Source of the DNA: Camelus ferus
Lineage: Eukaryota
DNA: 64,000 bases
Reading direction: 5' to 3'
Assembly: GCF_009834535.1 (NCBI RefSeq)
Contig: NC_045706.1
Coordinates: forward strand, 10,914,001 to 10,978,000
The notes beneath the pieces are model-generated. The model was not told the DNA's origin. It saw only the letters and a program-made list of their open reading frames with translations, and searched no databases. Below are positions 49,344-63,068 of the stretch, piece after piece. The position numbers were made by a program, and so were the translations under genes. The number at the start of each line of letters is the position of its first letter. Position 1 is the stretch's first letter.

Positions 49344-52300
49344 GCTTAATATGACTTCCAAAACTGTAGCAGCGTCTATGTGCCTTCCTGGGTCAGTTTT
49401 CTGCACTTTCAAGACTTCTGGGAAAACATGAAGACTGAACCTCGGCAATGTTTACACACTGCTTTTGTATGTGCACCTCATGTGACTCTCAAGTAGTCTT
49501 GGGGAAGGTGGGACCTGGCACCTCAGTTTATGGGAGAAAGTTCCCTTGAGGGGAGGATGACCTGACTGGCCCGAGGTCACAGAGCTGGGAGAGGGGAAGC
49601 AGAGCTGCGCCCAGGGCTCCTCCCTCCCAGCCCCGCCACCGCCCCGTGAGGCCCGTGCTCCTCGGGAAGCAGTGGCATTTGTTCTTACTGACCTCCTGGT
49701 CTGTGCTGCCCTCTTCCTTTCCTGGGCGCTGGTATGAAGATCAACCAACACTCTCAACTTCTCCTTTCCCACCTCACCTCCCTTGCTCAGTCGTGCTCTC
49801 CTGTGCCTCCGGCCCTGGCTGATTCTAGAACATTCCCATCAGTCACTAGGGAACGGAGAGTTAGCCGCAACACGAAGGGATCAAATTAGTCACCGAAGCC
49901 TGACATGCTTTTCTTTGTACAAGAAATGACAGTGCCAGTCTGTGCTGGCCCTGTCAGCCTGGTGGCCTGGACATCCCCATGCTAGAACTCCTACAGGTTT
50001 CTGGGCACCAATTTACACACCTTTCTTGCTCTGAAGCCTCTGGTTTGAATTTTGTAGCATAGCATGATGGGGTCCCTCTAAACAGCAGAGACTGGAGAAG
50101 GCGGAAGGGTCAAGGTCATTGCTTTTTGGGACCATGAAAGAGAAGCCTGCAGGTTTAAGGGATGCAGAGGTGCTCATTCTTCCATAAATCCTGGGGACTG
50201 CAAAACCTGTGCTTACTGTGGATCTCGAGTATCGTCAGGATGCCCCCAACCTGGATTTGGGGTGGGTGTTAAGTCTGGTCTGGGGAAGGCAGAGTGGAGG
50301 CAGCCTTCTCCACTGAAAAGGAAGTCCTCAACCTCTGATGTAAAAAAAAAAATGAAACACTTCAGTGAGATGTCAGTGCTCCCAGCCACATCCTTGACAG
50401 AGAAAGGAACCATGCATCAAGCCCTTTTTTAGCAGTGTCGTCTCTTTGAATTTCCCCAGAACCCAAGAAGTGAGAAGCGCTTCCTTTCAGACCTCAGTGA
50501 GAAGGGCTGGTCCGGCTTGTGAGGACCCGGGGGTGGGGGAGGGGCCGCCATGCCTACGGGGGGTCATTTGGGGGTCCACTCCCTCCCCCGGCCCCTCATT
50601 TCTCCAAGTCTGCAGTGGTGGCTGGACCCGGGGACTCCAGGCACCAGTCTTGTGGCTAGCTGACCTTCACTCCCCAAGATCAAGCCCAGTCCGGAAACTG
50701 GCCTGTTCCAGCGGGCAAAGCCAGAAAGAGCAGCTGGTGGGTTTTCATTCAACGGAAGGAACGCTGGCCCCTGGCGTCTGCCTCAGCCCTTTGCCTTCTG
50801 AGGGTGGGGCAGGGAGGACAACATTTGAAATACTTTGAGTTTTTTGTTTTGTTTTGTTTTACAACTTGAAAATGGTGTTTAGGGGACCAAGAGCGGGTGG
50901 GGAATGGGTGCCAGAATAGCATTTAACTCTGCCCCTAATGGCAAAAGGCAAAAATGAAACACCTTTGCCCCACGTAGGAAGCATGTCATTTGGGTTTTAG
51001 ATTTGACTATTAAGGACTCCAGGAAAAAGTCACCCCCAGACAAGGCTACAGCCCCAGACCCATGAGCCTGCGAGGGGATTTCACCCTGAGCAGGGGACTC
51101 TGTCTGCATCCGTGTTCAGCCTCCTTCTGGAGTCCTGATCCCACCTCGCACCTCTGGGGGGGGGGGGCGGCTGTCCAAGAAGCAGGAGCACTGTCCAGGT
51201 GACAGAACCTTCTGTGTGGCCCTCCCTGGCGCCATGGGACAAGGACTGTCCTGAGATTCGTCTTCTCACGGCTGTCTGCTGGCTGCCTTCAGACCTTCTC
51301 CCCCATTCCGTTGGGAAGCACACCCCATTCTCCTGCCACCAGCAGAGGAGGTGGGCTTCAACTCAGGGGTGTGGGCGGCACCAGCCTAGCAGCCGCTGCA
51401 GCAGGAGGGGCCGGGGTGGGGGCTGGCTTTCTTCACACTTTGTGTCTGTTCGTGTGGTGTGAAAGCCTCTAGTCCTGGCGTGTGGGAGAGAACATTCTAG
51501 AACTGCAGTTCATGGACAGCTGTGCCTTCTTCAGCCATTTTCATGTAAAAACTGAACTGAATTCTTGAAGCAAATATGCAATCCCATTAATAAAACTTGA
51601 GGTTGTGGTACAGGATTCACGCTATTTCCTCCTGGTGCCCAGCTGAAACAACATGGCGGAGGGCTTTGAAGGGAAGGCAGGATGTGTGTTCAGTTTAAGT
51701 ATTTCATGTCCTTGTTTTCTAAGATGGGTTAAAAGATTTACTAGGCTTGAAAGGCACTTGATGGAGACAGGGATGAAATCTTCACAGAGGGGCCTTCAGG
51801 GCTGGTTAGGCTCCTCAGTCTCTACACGGACGAGGATGTGTCTGTGAGGGGCCCGTCTCCGGAGCAGTAGGCTCAGCGCTCTCAGATTGGAGCCCCACAT
51901 GGATATTTCCCTTTGCAGAAAGGTGAACCCTGATCAGTCACGCTGTCTAGGGTCTGGGGTGGGGGGGACGCCCTGTGGGGTCATGACCTCGTGTAGGGGG
52001 ACCTTCCCTTAGGAAGGCTCCCTTCTCTGTTTTTGCCGCGAGTCCCACCTCCAGCAGCCCCCGGGGCTGCATCCCAAGGCCACGACACTGGACGATTTAC
52101 AGTCCCGGCATGCAGCTCCCAGACGTGGGGCTGCCAAAACCTGAAACCTGCTGGGCCACAGCTGTGCTGGCAAAGAAAAAAAGAGAAAGGTAGGGAATGC
52201 AACTTAGCTGCCAACTTGAGCTTTCTGCTCCGCTGGCCTCCTGTCTTCCGCGAAGGGCTGTCTGCTTCATGGCTCTGCTCCGATGGTCTGCCAGCCACAC

Positions 52301-52509
52301 CTGCAGCCCAGATTTGTCTCTACCACCTCCTTTCGCTTCCCTGCAGACAACTTGAGGCGTGTTGTTGGTCAGGGGATGGTCACAGTCCAGCTCTGGTGAG
52401 TCCAGTTATCCCCATCAGAGAATTCTGGTTTTGTGGAACCTTCTGGAACCCCTTGGGCCATCTCATTTTCTGTGCGCAAGCTGGAGTGAGGTGAAATCAA
52501 TAATTTGAC

Positions 52510-52951
52510 TGTGTTCATTTCCAAGGGCTGTTGCAAAAGATTATCGCAAACTGAATTGCTTAAAACAACAGAAATTTCTTCTCTCACAGCTCAGGAGGCC
52601 AGAAGTCTGAAATTAAGGTGTCGGCTGGGCTGTGCTCCTTCTGAAGGCTGGAGGGGAGAATCCTCCCCTGCCTCTTCCAGTGGCTGGTGGCTGCTGGCAT
52701 CCTCCGTGCTCCTTGGCTTGTAGCTGCATCGCTTCGGTCTCTGCCTGTGTCTTCACATGTCCTTGTTCCCTCGGTGTGTCTAGCTATCCTCTCCTCTTCT
52801 TATTAGGGCACCACTCCTTGGGTTTAGGGCCCACCCTAAATCCAGGATGATGTCATCTCGAGATCCGCAACTAACCCTATCCCCAGATAAAGTCACATTG
52901 GACGTTCTGGCTGGACGTAAATTTAGGGGACATGCTGTTCAGCCGACTATA
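52510..52951 (-). mobile_element. MLT1 (MaLR) solo LTR
   Basis: cttaaaacaacagaaattt...ctcacagctcaggaggccagaagtctgaaattaaggtgtc...tttagggcccaccctaaatccagga. Confidence 0.85.
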
Positions 52952-53106
52952 CTAACCTTTGGGGATGTTTATTTCCCATTTATACACACAAACACACATG
53001 AAAGTACATATTTGGGATCATCATTTTTTGTTTTAGTGTGTTTAAAAAACCCAGCATTCAGTCACTTAACACATTTTTCCTTGTTGAATTCTGTTTGAAA
53101 TCTTTT

Positions 53107-53238
53107 ATTTTTATTTGTGGGGGGAGGTAATTAGTTTTATTTATTTATTTAAATATTTTAGAGGAGGTACTGGGGATTGAACCCAGGACCCTGTGCGTGC
53201 TAAGTGTGCGCTCTACCACTTGAGCTCTACCCTCCCCT
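53107..53238 (-). mobile_element. Full-length camelid-type tRNA SINE
   Basis: gggaggtaattag...ttttagaggaggtactggggattgaacccaggacc...ctctaccacttgagctctaccctcccc; TSD-like atctt(t/c)attttt. Confidence 0.92.
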
Positions 53239-53369
53239 CTCTGCGATCTTCATTTTTAATGACTGCCTCTTGCTCTGTTAGATGAGTGGCTGGATAGCCT
53301 GGTGGGTAGGAGTGTGGGCTCAAGGGCTGGATGGCCAGGGTTTGCAACCTGCCTGTCTCTTTTACTTAC

Positions 53370-53740
53370 TGTTATGGGCTGAACTGTGTCTTCCCTCAAA
53401 TTCATATGTTGGACTCCTAAGCCCCAGTACCCCAGAATGTGACTGTGTTTGGAGACGTGGGTCTTCAAATGAAGTCCTTGGGGTCATCCCTAATCCAACC
53501 TGAGTGGTGTCCTTATAAGGAGAGGAGATTAGGACATAGACACGCACAGAAGAGAGACCAGTTGAAGACCCTGGTGAAGAAAGCCACCTACAAGCCAAGG
53601 AGAGAGGCCTCAGAAGATCCCAACCCTGCTGTCGCCTTGCTCTTGGACTTCCAGCCTCCAGAACTCTGAGGAAGGAAATTTCTGTTATGTAAGCCACCCA
53701 GTCCTTGGTACTTGTCATGGCAGCTGAGCTGACAATATAC
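53370..53740 (+). mobile_element. MLT1A/B-like (MaLR) solo LTR
   Basis: tgttatgggctgaactgtgtc...aaattcatatgttg...gtccttataaggagagg...ggacttccagcctccagaact...aagccacccagt. Confidence 0.88.
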
Positions 53741-56433
53741 CAGCCACTGGGGCAAAGCACCGAACCTCCAAGGCCCCGTTCCTTCCCCCGTGTGATTGGG
53801 GTCTTTAGGGTTCAGTGAGGATCAGAGAGGATGCTCCGTGTGTTGCCTGGTGCAGGGTTTGAAGGTGCTCTCAGTGGGGTGGGTACCACCTTGATTCGTT
53901 TTGCCAGCCCTCCGTCATTGCTCAGAGGGTGGGTTCTATTCATTCACTGGGTAAGCATGTATTGGACCTCCATCATGGCCATTTTCCCTGTGATGAGGAA
54001 GGTTGTGGTCAGCAGCTGGGTACCTGGTCTTTGGCCACTTTCTTGGAAGAGATTTTTAGGCGCATTCTCTACTGTCTAAGCCATCTTCGCTGAGCACCAC
54101 CTGTAAGGGGCCCTGGGATGGGAGCACCCTATTGCTGTGTGCTCCTAGGCCAGTGCCCAGGAGACCCTTTGCTGGTGGCAGATACCTGGCAGCTCACAAC
54201 CCCAGAAATGAGGCCCTTAGGAGCAGCATCCCTTCCATCCCTTCTGATGGCTGCAGCCGCCACCTCAGGACTCAGCAGCACCAGGCGCTACACCAGGAGG
54301 CAGGCAGGGGGGAGGCTCTTGGAGAAGGAAGGACTTCACAGGTATTTCACACCCTCCCATGGCTGGGAGTGGCCCGTGAGCTCTTGTTAAATAGTTCCCA
54401 GCCCCTCCCCTCAAGCTTGCTGGCACCAGGAGTGCTGAAGGGGGAGCAGAGCCTTCTGGAGGCTGAGAGTTCTGCCAGTCCCTGACCCCTCAGCTGAAGC
54501 AGCCTCCTTTTCCCCCTCCCCTATTGCCTCTCACCTCCAGCCCAGTCTTTTTTCTTCTCTTCTTTGAAGAGCCACGGCAGGCAAACAGGATGTTCCACTC
54601 CCACACGCGGAGCCTCAGACGAGACACTTGGGTCGAACCGCATCCTGCTGGCAGTGCTGGGTCCCATCTGCTGCGGACCTGGGTGGGAGGTGGTGCAGGG
54701 CTCGGCGCCAGGAGGGGCAATCACGAAGCTGGTTTCATTAGTCACTCTCTGAGCATCATTCCAAACTTTGAATTAGGTGGGCATCTCAAAGTCTCCCATG
54801 GGGGCTCTTGTGCCTGGAAGGGATGAATAATGCAGGTGGTGAGGGATAGTGACACCTGCTTAGCACATTTGTGGGAGGCCATGAAATGGTAATGGCATTC
54901 CTCATCCCCCGCCTCACCCCTGGCTATGATTTTTGTATTTTATGGGAATTTTTTTTAATGAATAATTTCTCCAAACCTCAGCAAATCAGTCTAGGATTAC
55001 AAAATCGCTACAAAATAGACAACTGCTATAGAGGGGCATGAGGTGGGGGTTTACGGAGGCGTGGTCTCTGTAAGCAGTTAGACAGGACTGGAAGGACATC
55101 AGGGAAGGGCTGGCACTAGCTGAGAGTTTAAAGAAAACCCAAAATCTAAACTCTGCTGATAGCAACACGATTTAGGCAGTTGTCCCATGGTTGAAGCTGT
55201 CCTGGGGAAAAGAAGGTGTCAGGGCCCAGGTCCAGTTCTCCCTTCCCCCGGGCAGGTGTTCTGAGTCCTGGGACTCCATCAGACATTTCATTTACAAACC
55301 AGTCTGTGTGCCTGTTGGGAGAGGGCAGATCTAAGAGATGTCAGGGTTTTACCGCCCACTTGGTAACCCCGCCTGGCAGCGAGCGACATTCTAGACACCC
55401 CTGGAACTTTCCACTTGTTGAGCCCATTATAGGGCGATAAGTGAAGGCAGCAGGTTGCACGGTGTGGATGTTCAGGTCTGCAGAATGTCCTGAAAGTTCA
55501 GTCGAAAGGTCTGAGAGAGGTGGAGAGAGATTTCTCTAAAGGGACTGCACCCCTCAACATCCAGAAAGCCCTTCCCTTTTGCTTTTCCTCTCCCCACCCC
55601 GCTGTAGGGCAAAGGAGGACGGTGCATAGGATAGGGTGGGAGTAGGGGAGAGGAGATGCTGGGAATAGGGACCATGGCTAAGAAGAGAGGGGGCAACTTG
55701 GGGTATGGCAGATGGCAACTTTCTAACCTGTGGGGGTCCACCCCTCGCACCTGATGAGTGAGCATCTCTTAGAATGATTTCTTCCCCAGACGCGCCCCTG
55801 GGCTTGGGCGAGCGAGCAGGCATCTGCCTTCTGCAGCTGACTGCTATTTTCTTTAATTAGGGCCTATTCCCGAAGCCCCTCCTCGCTAAGACTGTCGTTC
55901 CACTTCCCTGCCCTGCATTGAATAAGCCCCATTTTGTTTCTGGGCATAATGATTGGTTCGTTGGAGATCTTGGATGCCAGACTTATGGGGGGGGTCTTAA
56001 CAATATTGACATCGCCTGTTGTGACAGTGGCCTTTACACCAGCGTCTCTACAGAAATGGTTTCTATTCTGCTGTTTGAAGTTCCTGGAGAAATGGATCCT
56101 TGTATTATCTACCCGAGTAAAGTGGAGGTTCTTAAAGGCCTCTTGATACAAGGGTATGAATCAGCACTCTGTGAATCTGTACTTCCATGGAAAATACAGA
56201 CAGACTTGTTCGGGGGCCTCTCTAAGCTCTTATATTTCACTGAGATTATTTCACAATGACCAGGAACATCCACAAAGTCCGCCTCGTCTAGCACACGACT
56301 TACCTGAGCTTTCTTTGTGCGTTTGGCATGCATTTGCATTCCTCGGCACACGGTAGGTATTTAATAAATATTTGATAGGATGATTCAAAGCCTGGTTTGC
56401 CTCACCCTTCAGACTCGTTTCCTTTTCCCTTAG

Positions 56434-56580
56434 ATCTTCAACCTCATGAAGTATGACAGCTACAGCCGCTTCTTAAAGTCCGACCTGTTCTTAAAACACA
56501 AGCGCACCGAGGAAGAGGACGAAGACCCTCCCGATGCCCAGACGGCAGCTAAAAGAGCTTCGAGAATTTATAACACATGA
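56434..56580 (+). CDS. RGS10: RGS10 last coding exon 5, to stop codon
   Basis: ttcccttAG|ATC TTC...; [48 protein letters not shown]; spliced CDS 49+119+87+144+147 = 546 nt. Confidence 0.97.
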   Translation: MFNLMKYDSYSRFLKSDLFLKHKRTEEEDEDPPDAQTAAKRASRIYNT

Positions 56581-56859
56581 GCCCCTCAAGATGCTGGTGG
56601 GACTGGCAGCTTTCAGAAGCAAAGGAACTCACTCTCAGGACCGTGCAGGGTTTATAACCGCTTTGTTATCTGCAAGGACTGAAATGTACAAAACCCTTCA
56701 ATGGGATAAGTGTATTTTATTTCCTGCTTGATCAGCAAGTTTTGCATGATGGCTCATCTTACATAAAGAGACAAATAGTTTTGAAGTTTTAGTTCTCACA
56801 CACACACACAAAGGTGGACTAGTCCTTCAACACTGGACATTTTGAGTGTTTTACAGTTG

Positions 56860-56865
56860 ATTAAA
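56860..56865 (+). terminator. RGS10: Probable RGS10 polyadenylation signal (ATTAAA)
   Basis: First AWTAAA hexamer after the stop, about 280 nt downstream. Confidence 0.6.
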
Positions 56866-58857
56866 TTTCATGTGAGGCCACCAGGTGAAACTTAACAGCC
56901 ACCTCTTGTCTTGGAAGCCTTTGCCCTGCCTCTGCAGGAGGGTAATGTGTGTCCACAGATTCACTTGGTGAATCTGGTTAAGAATAAGTTGATCTGACAA
57001 GCTCAGGTCATTGGGGGTTTGCCTACCAGGTGCCTTTTGGGTTAAATTCTTCTAGAGAGTAAGTTCAGTGCTGGAAAAAGAAAATTAATCACAGCCTCTA
57101 AAGATTTGGGGAGCTGACCTCTGAATGCCAGCAGAGGGCTCTTATTTCTCATGTGTGGGTATGTCCTGATTTTGCCCACAACCCATGACATTTCATACAG
57201 CACAGATACCTGGTTCATTTTGACAGAAATAAGATCTCAACCAGGAAGAAAGACAAACGGGAGATTGTTCAGGGTTCCCGTGGCAACGCAAGGTGGCGCT
57301 GAATGGGGTTGTGGCACCTGTCCTCTGCCCATGTTGAGTTGGTGGGATGTTCCCTTCTCTTGTAGCCCATCTGGTGGATGGTGGAACCCTTTCTTCATGG
57401 TGCCTACCGACTTGTTAACTCGGCTTGAGACTTCAGTCAATGTCTGTCTTGGGTGGAGAGGCTGTGAGTGAAATCCTGCTGGGCCCAGGCTGCCCAGGTC
57501 CCCCCGCAGAGCCCAAGGTCAGGCACAGTTCCCTTCTGCTCATTGTTCCTGCCATCTGCTGCCGCCAGACCTTCTCCAGCATATTTGCCAAACCTTAAAC
57601 TCCTGTTTGTATAAAACAAAGTAACCAGACTCTTACTTGAGAGCCTTTGAACTGAGATGCTCCCATCTGCAGAATTCCCTGCTGTTGAGTGTGACTGTAT
57701 GATTTATCAATCAAATCAGGACACTTGAGAGAGAAGGGGAGTGAGTTTAATCACTAAACTGGGATAATAGGCATCAGCTGGTTCTGTTCTGGGTGAAACC
57801 AGTTCACATAATCACCCTACTGACCAGCCTCTCCTAGCGTGACATCTTGGGCAGTCCTCCAGATTCTCATTGTCCATTCACTGGTCGAATGTTCCCTGTC
57901 CTTCCGTCTTGGGCCTGGGGAAGGGACAATCTTTAGGGAGCTCTTCACTGCTGCAAACCAAACCACCAAACTGAGCATCAGAAACAGTAAGTGCTTGATC
58001 CCCCAAAAGGGGTTTTTCCGCCTCCCTCAGGACCTCCCAGACAAGCCTCCTCTCTGCCTGGGATGAGATAGTGATGCTGACCTGAGACAGTGTCATCTGA
58101 GAAATCCAGTCCATCTTCACTCAGTGCTGACTGCTGCACTTTAAAGAGTAAGGGTTAAAAACAGCTCGAGTTCTCTCAGCTTGCTACCAGCAGAACAGTG
58201 CAGGGATGCAGACCCCTCCCCACTCCACCGCACCTTTGCAGATATAGGGTGACTTGGGGATGCCACAGAGCTGAGCAAGCCGCTTGGTGCTCCCTTTGGA
58301 GAGTCTGCCCCGGGCGGGTCTTAGAGAATGCAGGCGGGCTAGGAACCCTCTTTCTGGCTTTTACCTTTCTACCACTTGGTTCAGAGACCCTTTGAGGTGG
58401 TGATCTCGTCATAAACACATAAACAGCCAGACTTAGCTGGAAGACTGTCTGCCGAAAGAAAAGCCTCTCGCTTCGGAGCTGCCTGAAAAGCTGAATGTCA
58501 GCGCCAGGGTGAGCTGCTTACATTTAACCCCAGCGTGCTCCCATCAGCGTGACCTCACACCACTTCCCCCAGCTTGCTCCTGCCTGGCTGCCTCCACCCC
58601 TGCCTGCCGCAGAACTGGGGCACCTACAGAATTCAGCTCCCTACAGCCATGGCAAAAGTGAGACGGAAGTGGAGGGAACCCATGCAGCCAGATGCTTCTA
58701 CCCAGCTTTTCACTTCCACCCGATGTCTGTCTGTCTGCCCATTCATTTATTGGCTAGTGTTTAAATTGTGTCTGCAACATGCCAGGGATAGTGTTAGGGA
58801 ATACAGCGGCCGTGGTAATTCACACTCCGGTGCTGCTTGCTTACAGATGTTCTAAAA

Positions 58858-59328
58858 TGTGGGTTTTATTGTGATTCAGGTATGGTGAGCCCAACAGATC
58901 AGGAGATGACTACCACTGAAAGGACAGTCTGTTACACTTCCTAAGAGGAGGGGCCAGGTCATGCCAGGCAGGGCCACAATGGGAATCACCAGGGTCCATA
59001 AGGAGGCAGAGGGAGTGAGGGGAAAATGTGGGCAAGAGCCTTCACTGTGGTTTCATTGGAAAAGGCAGGGCAGGGTACACTGTAGGACTGGCTAGTATGA
59101 GTCATTTCCATGGGCTCTGGGGCTTAGGGGCTGTCCCTAATTGGCACCTGGGCCTGAGTGATTAGGGCAGGTGGCCTGGAGTGTAAAAGCCCCATGAAGC
59201 AGGGGCCTGGGGATGTGAGCTCTGGGTTGGACAGCTGTTTACTATCTCTAGGAGTTAGCTAGCGCTGAGAGGGGCAGTCCCTCCACTGCCAGCCAGGACC
59301 CAGACGTGAAAGCATCAGGGTAAAACAC
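58858..59328 (-). mobile_element. ERVL-type solo LTR (MER54/MER74 group)
   Basis: tatggtgagcccaacagatcaggagatgactaccactgaaa...caccagggtc...gggctctggggc..taggggctgtccct; resembles this LTR group from memory. Confidence 0.6.
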
Positions 59329-60974
59329 GCTTGAGACAGCAGTCTGCAGGGCCTCAGAATCTCAGCCTGCAGGCCGTAGGTGTTGTGTGTGATGGGGCAT
59401 GTGTTTTAAAGCTTTCAGGGCAATTGCCTTGGGCAGAGCACCAGTGTAATCTCCACTCGACCGCAGGCCCTGTCACTCCCTATTGCCGCATGCCAAGCCG
59501 TCCACATATTTACGTTATCCGCTGGATGTAAGGTTAGATCTCCATTTCCCATGTGCAGAGAGCACGGTGTGGGTGACATTTTCCTCTGTGATTTTATAGT
59601 CATTAATTATACCTCCAAATCCACTCTGCTGACATACCCTCAACCACAACAGAGTCCGTTGTCGTCCACGCTCCTTCACGATCTTGCCTTCTCAATTACA
59701 GAACTCCCCTCCGAGGCCTGGCAGGAATCAACTCACACTTGAAGAAGGTTTCTTTCCCATTACCTCATACACAAAACCTTAAAGTGGAAGAAGAGCCATT
59801 TCTTGCATGTTAGAGACGGGAAACCCAAAACAAAGGACGTGACTCACACACATGTGCTCGTGACTGCCAGAATCTGAGGATGGAACCAAACCTTCTGTCT
59901 CCTGACCCCAGGTCCATCCTCTGCCTGGACGGGGGCCCAGGGGAGCCCAGGGTTGGCAAAGATGCTCACTTACACAGCAGAAACTTAATGAGCACTCACT
60001 ACATCCCAGGCCAAATACCAGCTATAGGAAGGGAGGGAGATGAAAGAACAAGGCATCAACCCCGACTTTGAGGGAGCCACTGGTTGGGAAATGAGATGAG
60101 GTCTTTACCACAAACTCTGCTACAAGAAAGAGGGAGCCGCTGTGGGAGGGACTGATGGGACATGACTGGCTGGTTGTGTCCATCTCTTAAGTTTACACGC
60201 TCGGTGGTTTTCTCTTTTCCCTAAATATCATTATGTTAAGCTTCATGTTGACACTGGTGGTGAAGTGATTTCATTCGAGAAATACGAGAAGGAATACTCT
60301 CTGTTCTGAGGGGCAGAAGCTTTTAAAATTCCAGTCTCAAGGTGCACTCCAAAGAATGAAGAGTTGGTTCACTACGTTTCCCATTCCAGTTTTGCTAATG
60401 TGTCCTCTCATGTGTTACAGAGTTGGGAGCTGATGAATTGGTACCCGACTCCCAGGTCCCAGCTCTGAATTTTGTGAGCACACTTTGTTTATAAGCTTTG
60501 CAAACTACTAGGCAAGCACAGTCATGACTCACATTCTGTCATTATTTACTTTCATTTTGGCTGCAGATGTTCTAGGTCTTGCATTTATTTAAGTGCTAAA
60601 TGGTCTTGTTGGACCATTAGCTTCCAGGATTTTAAAAGTCTGTTTCTTCTCAAGGTTAGCTACATGCAATGGCGGGGCTGGGGCAGGGAGGGGAGAGATC
60701 TTATGCACAGATCAGGGCAGGGGTGGAATCACTGTTGAAATTGTTCCCGAATGGCTCTCCTTGGATTCCCACAGGCACTGCAAGCTTTGCAAGTCCAAAG
60801 TTGCTCGAGCAGAGACCCGGGGGTCCCTCTTCTTGGGGCCTCTAAGTGAGAGTCCTGCAGGCCGTACCCTTGCTGTGCACTTGCATGCACGTCCACAGTG
60901 CTGTACGCCCCTGGAGGAAGGGGAGCCTTTTGCCAATTCCCACAAAGTCACTGGGTAGGGGCACCTGGAAGTGG

Positions 60975-61670
60975 CGCCTGAGGGTCTCCCCTTTCCTGCA
61001 CTTCTATGTCTGATCCATCAGCAAGGCCTCTAGAGTCTTCTCCAAAATCTAGCTTAAATGCGTCCATCCTTCCCACCTCCACAGCCTCGGGCCCTGACCA
61101 GGCTGCCTCCCTCCTTCTCTTGACCAGTGGAGCCTCCTCGCTGCTCAGTCCTCTGCCCTCCACACTCCCTCCCCATCTTCACCCAGCACTTGCCTTTTAA
61201 AAGCACAAACCTGACCGTGCTGCTCACCTGTGTAAGCCCTTTCTGTGCCTTTCTTTGTTCGCAAAATAAAAATTCAGGTCATGACCACGGCCTCGTGACT
61301 GCAAAGCTGGGAGAGCTGAGGCCAGCCCCACCTCGCCTCCTGCCCCTACAGCTCATTTCAGAGGTGAGCAGGGCATGGATGCTGCTCGCTGCAGCCTCTG
61401 CACAGGCTGCCGCCTCCTGACCTTGGTTCTTTCTCATCCTTCAAGTCTCAGGCCAAGTGTCAGCTCCTGGGAGCGGTCTTTCCCAAGGACCCTGCTAAGC
61501 AGCCGCCTGCCCTTTCCCCTCCTCAGAGTCCTGGCATGTGGTCCTTTATCCATTACCAGTTGGAACTGGTTGTGTTTCACTGAGTTCCCAGAGGCGAACC
61601 CACTGCCTGGCCCCCCCGTAGCCACATGACAGGCCCTCAATATGTGGTTCTTGACTGAGCAAAGGAATGC
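60975..61670 (+). mobile_element. L2 remnant
   Basis: atccatcagcaagg...tctccaaaat...ccatccttcccacctccacagcc...ctcaatatgtggttcttgactga. Confidence 0.6.
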
Positions 61671-62927
61671 CAAGTAAGTTAGGATCTCAAATTTTGGTTG
61701 ATCTCATTCACAGCCTGGTACCTCAGTGGTCAACCCTCATGATTGTCATAGAAAATGGAGAACTGGGAGGCCCACCAGTTCCTGAGTGCCTCCCATGTGC
61801 TCGGTATCGTGCAAGGTGCATTGAAGATGGTATCAAACCTGGGCAGTGGCTGTGGCTTCCCCAGTCAATGGGGACTGAACTTCAGAGGCACTGAGCCTGC
61901 ACCAGGATCCCATGGCTCAAGGTTGGTGGTGTCAAGATTGGAACCCAGGTCTTTTAGATCCCCCAGCCCACCATCTTTCTCTGTACCAGGCTGGGCCAGG
62001 TTTCAGCTCAGAAAAATCATTGGTCATTCCAGCTAAAAAGTGGGACTCTGTTCTCTCAGAGAGAAGGCCACCACCCAGCCAGTCTTGACCCCTTCTTTCT
62101 TTTCCTTTACAGGACATGCGGAGGGCGCCTTGCCCCAGCCAGGGAGGAAGAGTCAAATCCTCCTTTAAAAAGCCTGGTTTGATATTTGCAACCAGTTTTC
62201 TTTTTCTTTAGCTGTATATCATGACCATCTTTCCATGCCAATAAACATAATTACACACTACCAAAAAAAAAAAAAAAAAAAGAAAAGAAAAAGGTCCAGT
62301 TTCAAGATTATCTAGGGAAGATAAATGTTTCTCTTGTGCTAATTCCAGCACAGTTTATATGCTGTTTTGCAACACGGGCAAACTGTTTTCTTCTTATTTA
62401 AGCATTTAAACTCTGTTTTTTAAACTGTTATGGCATGCAGATCGCCTAAGAGTAACAGATGTCTGCTTGATAGAGATGTTCCCAGGAAAAGAATTTGCTG
62501 CTTCTTGGTCTCCAGAGGAAGGATGCTTTTACAAGTATGTGGCTTTTGGTCCACATGTCGCCCCTCTTACCCTCAGAAGAAGAATGGGGGAAGAAATACA
62601 GTGCCAGGGGCTGCCTTGTAAGTATCTGTATTTACAGATTCTGGTGATTGCAGAGGTGAGGCCCTGATCTCCCAGGAAGGCTGTCCCTGCCCCTCCTGTG
62701 GGGAGTATTTCTCTGAATTTTCTTAGGTAGTTAAGGTCACAGCCCATCTAGAGACATGAAAAGTGGGTCCACTTTTACTAAATTGCAGCTTTCCCCAGAA
62801 TCTTAGCTGTGGAAGAATCTCTCTCAATAATATTTATCATTTCTTTTTACTGTTGGCTAGCATGAGAATTTTGATTATGTCATGGCATTTGATTGCCTAA
62901 ATTCTAACGCAGCTCCATCATTTATTA

Positions 62928-63068
62928 TCTGTGTGATTTTGGGCAAGTGACATATCTTTCCTCACCTGTTAGATGGGGATACCATTGACTCAGTGAGATG
63001 CACTGAGATAACACACGTAATGTGCATAGCACAGTGCCTGGTCCATAGGGGGCCAATAAATATTAATG
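62928..63068 (+). mobile_element. MIR
   Basis: ctgtgtgattttgggcaagtgac...ttcctcacctgttagatgggga...gcacagtgcctgg...caataaatatta. Confidence 0.75.

Noticed and set aside
55864..56356. Cluster of short ORFs on both strands before RGS10 exon 5
   Set aside because: No recognisable protein or retrocopy hallmarks (no poly-A or TSD).
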